Assembly: GCA_046498185.1 (NCBI GenBank)
Contig: JAWOBE010000179.1
Location: forward strand, 48,583 to 112,582
Length of the DNA: 64,000 nt
Direction of reading: 5' to 3'
DNA from: Desulfatiglandaceae bacterium
GTDB taxonomy: Bacteria; Desulfobacterota; DSM-4660; Desulfatiglandales; Desulfatiglandaceae
Position 1 is the first letter of the stretch, and each line of letters starts with the position of its first letter. This document shows positions 8,551 through 17,692 of this stretch, one piece after another. The notes beneath the pieces are model-generated. The model saw nothing but the letters and a program-made list of their open reading frames with translations. It had not been told where the DNA came from and made no database searches. The translations under genes were made by a program, and so were the position numbers.

Positions 8551-8659
8551 TTGTTAAAGTATACCCAATGACCCGGGGATGGCTTTGGGTCGAAACGACC
8601 GAGCCGCGAATCTCGTTGCGGAGGTTTTAATAGTGATCACTGCCTTCGGAGGAACAGCC

Positions 8660-9967
8660 ATGATACTTGAAAGAAAAACCAGCCGAACTGAAAGTAGAGG
8701 TATGGCGGGCTTGAATGTCATTGAGAAGCAGTGTGTCTGGATGAAAGCCGGTATCATCAACTTTCGAATTTGTGAAAAGAACTATGACTGCTTCCATTGT
8801 CCCTTCGATAGAGCCATGAGGGTCGCCATGGAGGCCCAGAATCCCCTGACCGGCACCAAACGGCCGCCCTCGTGGGCCCAAAAAATGCGAAAGACGTATT
8901 CCGGCGCTGAAAAGCCCTGCGTATATTATTTGAACGGCCGGGTCGGCCCTCCCGGAACCTGTCCCCGTGATTACCACTGTGAGGACTGCCCACTGGAAAT
9001 CGAACTCGGCTATAAGTCCGTGCAAAGGTCCATCGAGGCGGCCCGGTACTCTGCAGAATTGGATAAATCACATCGGGTAACCGGGTTTCAGGTCGTCGAA
9101 AATGAATGCGTATGGATGAAAGCCGGTATCGTGAGCTTCCGCCTCTGTGATAATAACTACGATTGCTACAATTGTGAATTCGACCGCAGCATGCGTCACG
9201 CAATGGAAGAAAAAAAAACCGCAGAAGTCCAGTCTTCTGAAGAAACGGCCGGGACACCGAAAATTGGTGTTGCGGCTCATCCATGCATTTACCACCTGAG
9301 TGGAAAAAGCGACGCACCGATAGAATGCAGCAGGGCCTATGAGTGTTATCGTTGCCCGGTTCACAGAACTTTGTCGAAAGGCATCGAAGTTAAGCCGGCA
9401 CCGATGAAACGGCCCGCTTATAAGACAGTGTCCGGCTTCGAAGTGGCCGACGGTTACTATTACCATTTCGGGCATACATGGGTTCACGTCATACATGGGG
9501 AATGCGTCCGGGTTGGGTTAGACGAATTTGTTGACAAAATTTTCGGCGCCCCGGACATCCTGGATCTTCCTCTGCCCGGCGCCCTTATCAAGCAGGCAAA
9601 GATCGGCTGTGTGCTGATGCGGGATGACCAGCGTGCGCCTGTTCTCTCGCCGCTTACAGGCAGGGTGTTGGCCGTGAACGACAAAGCCGTAAGAAAACCT
9701 GAAATTGTTCATGAAGATCCGTATCACGAGGGCTGGCTGTTTCAATTGGAACCTTCTTTCTTAAAACTTGAGACGCAGGGTCTTTATACGGGTCAACATA
9801 CTTTCGAATGGATGGAAAGAGAAAACCAACTGCTTCTTAAATTGCTCGGGCCATCCTATGAAAAATTGGCTGCAACCGGAGGAAAAATCGTTCCGGATCT
9901 TATCGGGGGTCTTCCCGAAATAGGCTGGGATGCACTGGTTGCGACCTTTTTGAGAACCAAAGCGTGA
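8660..9967 (+). CDS. Uncharacterised 16-Cys protein (four Cx12-13Cx5Cx2C motifs) with a C-terminal GcvH-like domain lacking the lipoyl-lysine
   Basis: I chose the start at ATG 8660 (GGAGGA 6 nt upstream) because the track start at 8579 sits too close to the promoter. The C-terminal half aligns gaplessly to GcvH (YYYHFGHTW...PLTGRVLAVN...DPYHEGWLFQLE). Confidence 0.8.
   Translation: MILERKTSRTESRGMAGLNVIEKQCVWMKAGIINFRICEKNYDCFHCPFDRAMRVAMEAQNPLTGTKRPPSWAQKMRKTYSGAEKPCVYYLNGRVGPPGTCPRDYHCEDCPLEIELGYKSVQRSIEAARYSAELDKSHRVTGFQVVENECVWMKAGIVSFRLCDNNYDCYNCEFDRSMRHAMEEKKTAEVQSSEETAGTPKIGVAAHPCIYHLSGKSDAPIECSRAYECYRCPVHRTLSKGIEVKPAPMKRPAYKTVSGFEVADGYYYHFGHTWVHVIHGECVRVGLDEFVDKIFGAPDILDLPLPGALIKQAKIGCVLMRDDQRAPVLSPLTGRVLAVNDKAVRKPEIVHEDPYHEGWLFQLEPSFLKLETQGLYTGQHTFEWMERENQLLLKLLGPSYEKLAATGGKIVPDLIGGLPEIGWDALVATFLRTKA
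8732..9355 (+). repeat. Intragenic tandem duplication: two about 85-aa 8-Cys modules with a 375-nt period
   Basis: CVWMKAGIINFRICEKNYDCFHC (starting at 8732) matches CVWMKAGIVSFRLCDNNYDCYNC (starting at 9107). The two copies share the exact 18-mer TGGATGAAAGCCGGTATC. Confidence 0.85.
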
Positions 9968-9991
9968 TAAATGTGAATGAAGGAGTTTCCC

Positions 9992-12900
9992 ATGAGTGAT
10001 CAAACCCTCGGATCGGTGATGGTTATCGGCGGTGGTATTTCCGGCATTCAGGCTTCGCTGGATCTTGCCGAGTCGGGTTATTATGTCCACCTTGTGGAAA
10101 AACAACCTGCGATCGGCGGTGTCATGAGTGCGCTCGACAAGACATTCCCCACCAATGAATGTGCGATGTGAATACTTTCACCTAAACTGGTCGAGGTCGG
10201 CCGGCATTTGAACATCGAGTTGCATACCCTTACCCAAGTAGAAAGCCTGGAGGGCGAAGCAGGAGCATTTACCGCAACGCTGCGGGAAAAACCCCGTTAT
10301 GTGGATGTCGACAAATGCATCGCTTGCGGACTGTGTGCTGAAAAGTGCCCTAAAAAGGTGGATGACGTTTTCAATGAGCACCTGAACAAACGAAAAGCCA
10401 TTTATGTGGAATATCCACAGGCAGTTCCACTCAAATATGCGATCGATGCTGAAAACTGCATCTATTTTCAAAAAGGCAAATGCCGGGCATGTGAAAAATT
10501 CTGTCCGGCCGGGGCCATTGATTTCACCCAGCGTGAACGCACGTTTACACTGGATGTGGGTTCGGTGGTGCTCTCATCGGGCGCAGAGCCTGCAGATCCA
10601 TCCAGCCTCGTTTTTTACGGCCACGGCCGATTTCCAAATGTAATCACAGCCATGCAGATGGAACGAATACTTAACGCAACCGGTCCTTACCAGGGGAGGC
10701 TCATCCGTCCCTCCGACGGTAGGGAGCCGGAGCGCATCGCATGGATACAATGCGTCGGTTCCCGGGATACGCATACCCCGGGGTCTACCGGTTATTGCTC
10801 CGGCGTTTGCTGCATGTATGCGGTGAAGGAAGCCACAATCGCCAAAGAGCATGCCGGCAAAAACCTTGATGCGGCCATTTTCTTCATGGACATGCGGACC
10901 CACGGCAAAGGTTTTGAGCGCTATTATCGACGGGCTGAAGATGACCTGGGAGTCCGCTTCATCCGCTCCCGCGTACATTCCGTCGTTCCCGCGGCCGATG
11001 GGTCGGATGACCTCAAAGTCGGCTACGTGGATGAAGCGGGCAATGCCATGGAAGAGCAGTTCCAGATGGTGGTTCTTTCTCACGGTCTCAAAGCCCCCCG
11101 GGAGATGCAGGCTTTAGCGGAAAGGCTTGATATCTCGATGAACACCGATGGTTTCATAGAAACCAGCAGCCTTAAACCGGTCGAAACATCGAGGCATGGG
11201 GTTTTTGTATGCGGCTGCGGCGCCAATCCAGTCGATATCCCCCAATCTGTGATGGAAGCATCCGCGGCCGCTTCGGCGTCCGCATCCCTTCTGTCCAAAT
11301 CCAGGAACACCTTGACTCGTCACAAGGAATATCCTCCTGAAACAAGTATCCAACCTGAAAAGATGCGAATAGGCGTTTTTGTCTGTCATTGCGGAATAAA
11401 CATCGGTGGCGTCGTCGATGTACCTGCGGTTCGGGACTACGCCCGTGAACTGCCGGGCGTCGTTTATGCCGGCGACAACCTTTTTTCCTGCAGCCAGGAC
11501 ACCCAACAGGCGATTCGCGATGCCATAGCAGAGCACAATTTGAATCGGGTGGTGATTGCGGCATGTACTCCCAGGACCCACGAACCGCTGTTTCAAGAAA
11601 CCATACGCGAAGCAGGTTTAAATCCATATCTGCTTGAATTCGCGAACATACGCGATCAAGACTCATGGGTTCACCAATCCCAACCCGAGGAAGCCACAAT
11701 AAAGGCTATGGATTTGGTCCGGATGGCGGTATCCAAGGTAGCGCTGTCGGAACCCGTCGATCGGTTGAAGCTGCCGGTCAATCCTTCGGCCCTTGTTGTC
11801 GGCGGGGGTCTTGCAGGCATGACAGCAGCGGTCCAGCTTGCTGACCAGGGCTTCCAGGTGTACATAATCGAAAAGACAGGCGTCCTGGGCGGGAATGCGA
11901 CCAGCATCAAAACCACCTGGGACGGAGGAGATGTCCAGGGCTACATGAAGGACCTGACAAAACGGATTGAAACGAACTCTCTCATAGAAGTCTTGCTGAA
12001 AAGCCGGATCGAATCTGTTTCAGGGTTCATCGGAAACTTTAAAACGGTTGTAAACACCGGTCAAGACCAACGCGAAGTCAGCCATGGTGCCGTCATCCTG
12101 GCAACGGGCGGAGATTATTACAGGCCTGAAGAATATCTCTATGCTACCGACGACAAGGTGACCTGTTGGCATGAGCTGGAAGATCTTTTTGAAAGGGAGC
12201 CCGAGCGGCTGGAAGACGCAGAATCCGTGGCATTTATACAGTGTGTGGGTTCCCGGGAACCGGATCGCCAGTACTGCTCACGCATCTGTTGCACATCTTC
12301 GCTTTTGCAGGCGATAGACTTAAAAACAAAAAAACCTCAACTGGACGTCTATATTCTGTACCGGGACATAAGAAGCTACGGACTCAGAGAGGAGCTCTAC
12401 CGGAAAGCGAGAGAAATCGGCGTGACGTTTTTCCGGTACACCCTCGATGAAAAGCCCCGGGTGGAAACGGGGGACAACGGCCGGCTTACAATTACCGTAA
12501 AGGACCATGTCCTGGGCTCTCCGGTAAGTTTTCAAGTAGATTATTTAAATCTTTTCACTGCGTTGGTTCCGCAGGGGGAAAATGAAATATCGAGGCTTTT
12601 CAAGGTACCGGTCAACGAAGACGGCTTCCTGCTCGAAGCTCATATGAAACTCAGGCCTGTTGATTTCTCGACTGATGGTGTTTTCCTATGCGGACTTGCG
12701 CATTACCCAAAACCGATCGAAGAATCCATCGCACAGGCGCAGGCTGCAGCCGCCCGTGCCGCCGGGGTGCTCACTCGGAAATTCATCGAGGTTGAACCTA
12801 TCGTCTCGGTCATTGATCAGGAAAAATGCATCGGGTGTGGTTTCTGCGAGGCTTCTTGTCCCTACGGGGCTGCACAGCTCGTCAAAGTGGAAGGCAAGGG

Positions 12901-13648
12901 ATTCAGAGCCGAAAGCAACCCGGCGCTTTGCAAAGGATGCGGAATTTGTGCCGCCGGTTGTCCCCAAAAGGCCATCGATATGCTTCATTTCCGCGACAGC
13001 CAGATTCTGGCTGCTGTCGAAGCAGGGGCGGAAAAGGTGCAGAGGATGAAAAAAACGGAGCTCGAAGTTCGAAAAAAATACAGCACATCGGGATCCGGCT
13101 ACCTGGTTGCCGACGATTACTATTATCATTCCGGACACACATGGGCGAAGCCCATCAAAGGCGGCCGCGTCCTGATCGGGGTGGATGATTTTGCGGGAAA
13201 AATTCTTGGAAAAGCCGACCGGCTGAACCTTCCGGAACCCGGAACCGTCTTGAAGCAGGATCGGCCGGGATGGTCTTTAAACCGTTCGGGCCGCCGGGCC
13301 GCCTTTCTTGCACCGGTAAGCGGACGGGTCTTCGCGGTCAACGAAAAGGTGGTAGCGAACCCTGAAATATTACTAAAAGACCCGTATGGTAAAGGATGGC
13401 TGCTCGTGCTCGAGCCTTCGCTTGTGAAGCCCAAAGAGATTGAAGCCCTTTACAGCGGAGATCAAAGCTTCCGATGGATCGAGAAAGAATTCCAGGCATT
13501 GCTGGATCTCATGGGGCCTCAACATGAACGGCTGGCCTCGACCGGAGGCGGTCCTATTGAAGACCTGTTCGACAAGTTCCCTGAAATTGGTTGGAAAAAG
13601 CTGGTTGGAACATTCTTAAAAACGACGGATGACCGGCCGGCCGATTAA
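9992..13648 (+). CDS. hdrA: Giant HdrA-like selenoprotein (two FAD/TrxR-like units, ferredoxin inserts, C-terminal GcvH-like module); Sec codon at 10169-10171
   Basis: The track splits this gene into 9977-10171 and 10208-13648, which share one frame. Read-through gives ...[24 protein letters not shown]..., the conserved HdrA Cys/Sec position. Other motifs are VIGGGISG and VVGGGLAGM (FAD), [17 protein letters not shown]...YCS..CC (twice) and several CxxCxxCxxxCP. AGGAG lies 7 nt before ATG 9992. Confidence 0.9.
10187..10204 (+). promoter_or_regulatory. Putative bacterial SECIS hairpin for hdrA-1
   Basis: Stem-loop CUGGUC-GAGGUC-GGCCGG starts 16 nt after the UGA. The apical loop contains GGUC. 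Confidence 0.6.
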
Positions 13649-13674
13649 CACACAGGCCCACGAAAGGTAAAAAA

Positions 13675-14427
13675 ATGACGGAAAAATTCAAACCACGAAT
13701 CCTGGCGTTTCTCTGCAATTGGTGCGCCTATGCAGGTGCAGACCTTGCCGGCGTTTCAAGGATACAATATCCGCCCACGATACGGGTGATACGGGTGATG
13801 TGCTCCGGCCGGGTCGATCCTGCTTTCATCGTCAATGGTCTTGCAAAGGGTTTTGACGGCGTGATGGTATCCGGGTGACACATCGGTGAGTGTCATTACC
13901 TGGATGGTAATGTTCATGCGGAAAAGGAAATGGAGATCGTTCGGTTCCTGTTGGACCTCTCCGGCATAGGTTCCGATCGTTTATTCATGCGGTGGGTCAG
14001 CGCCTCGGAAGGCGCCCAGTTCGCCGCCTACGTAAAGGAATTCAGCGAAACGGTGGAAAGACTCGGGCCGTTCATGCCTGGCGACTTTGAAATCCCACTG
14101 GCTGCTCTTGAAAGCACATTACATGCTCCGCGTTTGCGGTGGCTGACCGGAATGGAGATTAAAATTACCGAACAAGGCAATGTCTACCAGGAAAAAATTG
14201 ATAAGTCCGACTACCGGGACACCCTTGAAAGTGCAGCCCGCGAAGAATACGAAAAGGCCCTTGTGTTGGAATCGCTTCGCAGGGAGCACACCAGCGTCCG
14301 GGAAATCGCCATCGAAACGGGTATGCCCGTTTATACGGTCTCATGTCGACTTAATGAACTCGAAAGAGCCAGACTGGTGGAGTTGAAAACCTACCGGGGG
14401 AGCACCCCGGAATTCAGAGGAGCGTAG
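13675..14427 (+). CDS. mvhD: MvhD/FlpD-like selenoprotein fused to a C-terminal winged-helix-like domain; Sec codon at 13876-13878
   Basis: The track splits this gene into 13675-13878 and 13930-14427, which share one frame. Read-through gives ...GFDGVMVSG-U-HIGECHYLDGN..., which matches the GCHxGDCHY motif of MvhD. The N-terminus reads ILAFLCNWCAYAGADLAG. The C-terminal tail is VREIAIETGMPVYTVSCRLNELERARLVE. Confidence 0.85.
13894..13912 (+). promoter_or_regulatory. Putative bacterial SECIS hairpin for mvhD
   Basis: Perfect 7-bp stem CAUUACC-UGGAU-GGUAAUG starts 16 nt after the UGA. Confidence 0.6.
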
Positions 14428-14475
14428 GACAAAACATGCCGGGTCTACTTTTGATAGACCCTCTAGAGGTCAAAT

Positions 14476-17400
14476 ATGGATATAGCAGAGAAAAAAAATG
14501 ACAGAATAGGTTCGGTTATTGTGGTTGGAGCCGGGATTTCCGGCATGCAGTCGGCGCTCGATCTGGCAGGCTCCGGTTTTTATGTTTACCTGGTGGACAG
14601 CTCTCCCAGCATCGGTGGGATGATGGCGCAGCTGGACAAAACCTTCCCGACAAACGACTGTGCGATGTGAATCATCTCACCCAAGCTGGTCGAGGTCGGC
14701 CGCCATACAAATATAGAGGTGATCACCAATTCGGAAATCGACAAGCTGGAAGGAGAACAGGGCAACTTTCAGGTTACGCTTAAAAACAACCCGAGATTTA
14801 TAGATCCGACGGCATGCACGGGTTGTGGGCTCTGCAGCCAAGCCTGCCCGGTGACCGCAATCAATGAATTCGACTGCCGCCTTTCTCAAAGGTCGGCCGC
14901 TTTCATCCCCTATGCTCAAGCAGTACCGTTGGCCTACAGCATCGACCGCAAACGATGCATCGGCTGCGGTCTCTGTGAAAAAATCTGTCTGGCTGGCGCG
15001 GTCCAATACGACGACGCCCCGCGGGAAACACAGCTGAATGTCGGAGCGGTCGTCCTCGCCACCGGGAACCGGACCTTCGACCCGTCTGATCTCGACACCT
15101 ACAGATACAATGAGTGTCCGAATGTCATAACAAGCCTGGAGTTCGAGCGGATTCTCAATGCCTCCGGCCCCTATATGGGGCACCTGATGCGACCTTACGA
15201 CCGTGAGGAACCGCGCAAAATAGCCTGGATACAGTGCGTGGGTTCGAGAAGTCTCCAAAACGGGGCCAAGCCTTACTGTTCCTCGGTTTGCTGCATGTAC
15301 GCGGTGAAGGAGGCCGTGATCGCCAAGGAACATGCACATGGAGATCTCGACACCGCGGTGTTCTTTATGGACATGCGAACCTATGGAAAAGAATTCGAAC
15401 AGTACTATGAACGCGCCTCGCTCAAACACGGTGTGCGATTCATTCGTTCCCGCGTACACAGCGTGGACCCCGTCGGCGATGGGGACTTGAAAATTTCTTA
15501 TATCGAAGAAAACGGCGGAATTAAAAGCGAAACCTTCGATCTTGTCGTGCTATCGACGGGACTGGAAGTTTCACAGGTATCGGTGGATCTCGCAAACAAA
15601 CTCGGAGTGGATCTGAACGAAAATCGGTTCGCAAAAACCGACAGTTTCAAGCCGGTCGCCACGTCGGTCCCTGGCATTTATGTCTGTGGTGCCCTTCAGG
15701 GCCCTAAAGACATCCCTCAGTCTGTGACCGAGGCTTCCGCCGCCGCCGCCCTTTCCGGGGCGCTTTTGAGCGAGAGCCGCTGGAGCAAGTGTCGGGAAAT
15801 TGAATTGCCGGAAGAATCCAACGTGAAAGGAGAACCGCCGAGAATCGGCGTTTTCGTATGCCATTGCGGAATTAATATCAGCGGTGTTGTGGATGTCCCG
15901 GCCGTCCGCGACTATGCTCGGAGTCTCCCGTATGTGGTTTATGTCGAGGACAATCTGTACACCTGCTCTCAAGACACACAGATCAAAATGGCTGAGGTTA
16001 TACGCGAGCAGGGCATCAACCGCGTTGTCGTTGCCGCCTGTACACCCAAAACCCATGAACCCCTTTTTCAGGAAACCCTTCAAAATGCGGGGTTAAATAA
16101 ATATTTGTTCGAAATGGCCAACATCCGCAATCAGGATTCCTGGGTTCACAACAGGAACCCCCATTCCGCCACGGAAAAAGCCAAGGACCTGGTTCGAATG
16201 GCGGTCGCCAAGGCGGGGTTTCTCGAATCCCTTCCGGAAACAGAGCTTTCGTTGAACCCCGTCACGCTCATCATAGGCGGAGGGGTTGCCGGCCTTACGG
16301 CGGCTGAGAATCTGGCCGACCAGGGCTATAAAGTTCATCTGGTCGAGCGATCCGCCGAGTTGGGAGGACAGGCCAACTTTTTGTACAAAACCTGGAAGGG
16401 AGAAGACATAAAGGCCGGGCTCGATCGACTCATAGCCAGAGCAAAAAACCACCCGAATATAACGGCACATCTGGAAACGGAAGTCGTCCACGTCGATGGA
16501 TTTATAGGTAACTTTTCTTCGGTGCTGCGCAAAGCCGACGGCCACGAAAACACCCTCGAACATGGGGTCGCGATCATCGCGACAGGAGGAGAAGAATATA
16601 AACCCGATGAGTATCTTTACGGCAGCAACCCCGCGGTGGTAACCCACCTGGAGCTTGATCGACGATTCTCAACCGATGATCCGTCGATAACGGAACTTGG
16701 CAGCGCAGTCTTCATCCAGTGCGTGGGCTCCCGGCAGCCGGATCGCCCCTATTGCAGCAGGGTTTGCTGCACTCACACGGTAGAAAGTGCTCTTGAGCTG
16801 AAACGTCGAAACCCGGAGATCGAAGTTTACGTGCTCTACCGTGATATGCGGACTTATGGAGAACGGGAGGAATTATACAACCGCGCACGGGAACAGGGTG
16901 TCATATTTATCCGCTACGACCTGGAAAATAAGCCGGTATTCACGGAAAACGACGGAAGTCTCCAGGTCGAGGTGCACGATCCGATTCTTGGTTCAAAGAT
17001 CCTTCTCAGGCCGGATCTCGTCACCCTTGCCACAGCGGTTGTTCCTTCAGGTGGAAATGATTTGGCGAGCCTCTTCAAAATCAGCAAAGACGGAAGCGGT
17101 TTCTTCACAGAAGCACACGCAAAACTGAGGCCGGTCGATTTCGCCACAGACGGAGTCTTTCTCTGCGGACTGGCCCATTATCCCAAATCTCTGGATGAAA
17201 GCGTCGAACAGGCTCTTGCCGCAGCCGGGAGAGCTTCAGCTTGCCTGGCGGCTGCCAAGGTGATGGTGGGTGGTTCTGTGGCCGAAGTCAATCCGGCATT
17301 TTGCAGTCGATGCGGCATGTGCGTCGAGATCTGCCCTTTTGGAGCCGCCGGCTTTACAGAAGAAGGTTATGCGGCGATAAACGCCGCCCTGTGCAAAGGT

Positions 17401-17493
17401 TGTGGCCTTTGCACGGCATCCTGTAGAAGTGGCGCACTCACTCTCAAATGTTGCGATGATTCCCAGATAATGGCTATGATCGACCAGATGTGA
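14476..17493 (+). CDS. hdrA: Giant HdrA-like selenoprotein paralog (same tandem architecture, no GcvH-like module); Sec codon at 14668-14670
   Basis: The track splits this gene into 14476-14670 and 14719-17493, which share one frame. Read-through gives ...[24 protein letters not shown].... The protein is collinear with hdrA-1 up to the C-terminal ferredoxin domain. Confidence 0.9.
14686..14703 (+). promoter_or_regulatory. Putative bacterial SECIS hairpin for hdrA-2
   Basis: UGGUC-GAGGUC-GGCCG has the same position and loop as the hdrA-1 hairpin. The 17-mer CTGGTCGAGGTCGGCCG is identical between the two paralogs. Confidence 0.6.
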
Positions 17494-17528
17494 TCCTAGA
17501 GGCCTCCTCTTTTGTCTCCATATGAGAA

Positions 17529-17570
17529 AAGCCCCCGACTGACGTCAGGATAAGGCGTTGCCGGGGGCTT
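17529..17570 (+). terminator. Stem-loop after hdrA-2 (9-bp stem AAGCCCCCG/CGGGGGCTT, 24-nt loop with a nested palindrome CTGACGTCAG); possible operon terminator
   Basis: Read directly from the sequence. There is no U-tract afterwards, so terminator function is uncertain. Confidence 0.35.
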
Positions 17571-17594
17571 CGATGCAGGGGGGGTTCGCTTGTC

Positions 17595-17623
17595 TTGACC
17601 GGCCGAGTCTCCTCGCTTATACT
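17595..17623 (+). promoter_or_regulatory. Sigma-70-type promoter candidate for the kinase/regulator pair
   Basis: TTGACC, a 17-nt spacer, then TATACT, about 70 nt upstream of ATG 17693. Confidence 0.5.
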
Positions 17624-17692
17624 TCTTCCACACATATCTAAGCCTTGGCGTTACGTTTCACCCCAGCTTAAAGAAAGGCGCCTGGATAAACT

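Noticed and set aside
9977-14670. Treating 9977-10171, 13675-13878 and 14476-14670 as independent 60-70-aa genes, or treating the loci as frameshifted or nonsense pseudogenes.
   Set aside because: Each short ORF ends at a TGA in the same frame as the following long ORF, at a position where homologs carry a conserved Cys. A hairpin at a fixed distance follows each TGA, and selA is present in the window. Selenocysteine read-through is the better explanation.
14677-15459. Long antisense ORFs inside well-supported genes: 14677-15459, 23460-24521, 26655-27500, 40576-41376, 46363-47343, 48501-49610 and 52188-52940.
   Set aside because: Each lies fully opposite a gene with clear family motifs (hdrA, ydbH-like, binding protein, adk plus tRNA-His, uvrB, FAD oxidase, activase). 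Their products have no recognisable motifs and skewed composition. This is typical of stop-codon-poor antisense frames.
17645-17660. Possible sigma-54 promoter TTGGCGTTACGTTTCA upstream of the kinase gene.
   Set aside because: The -12 position has TTTC instead of TTGC, and the GG-to-GC register fails. A good sigma-70 promoter (17595-17623) explains the region better.
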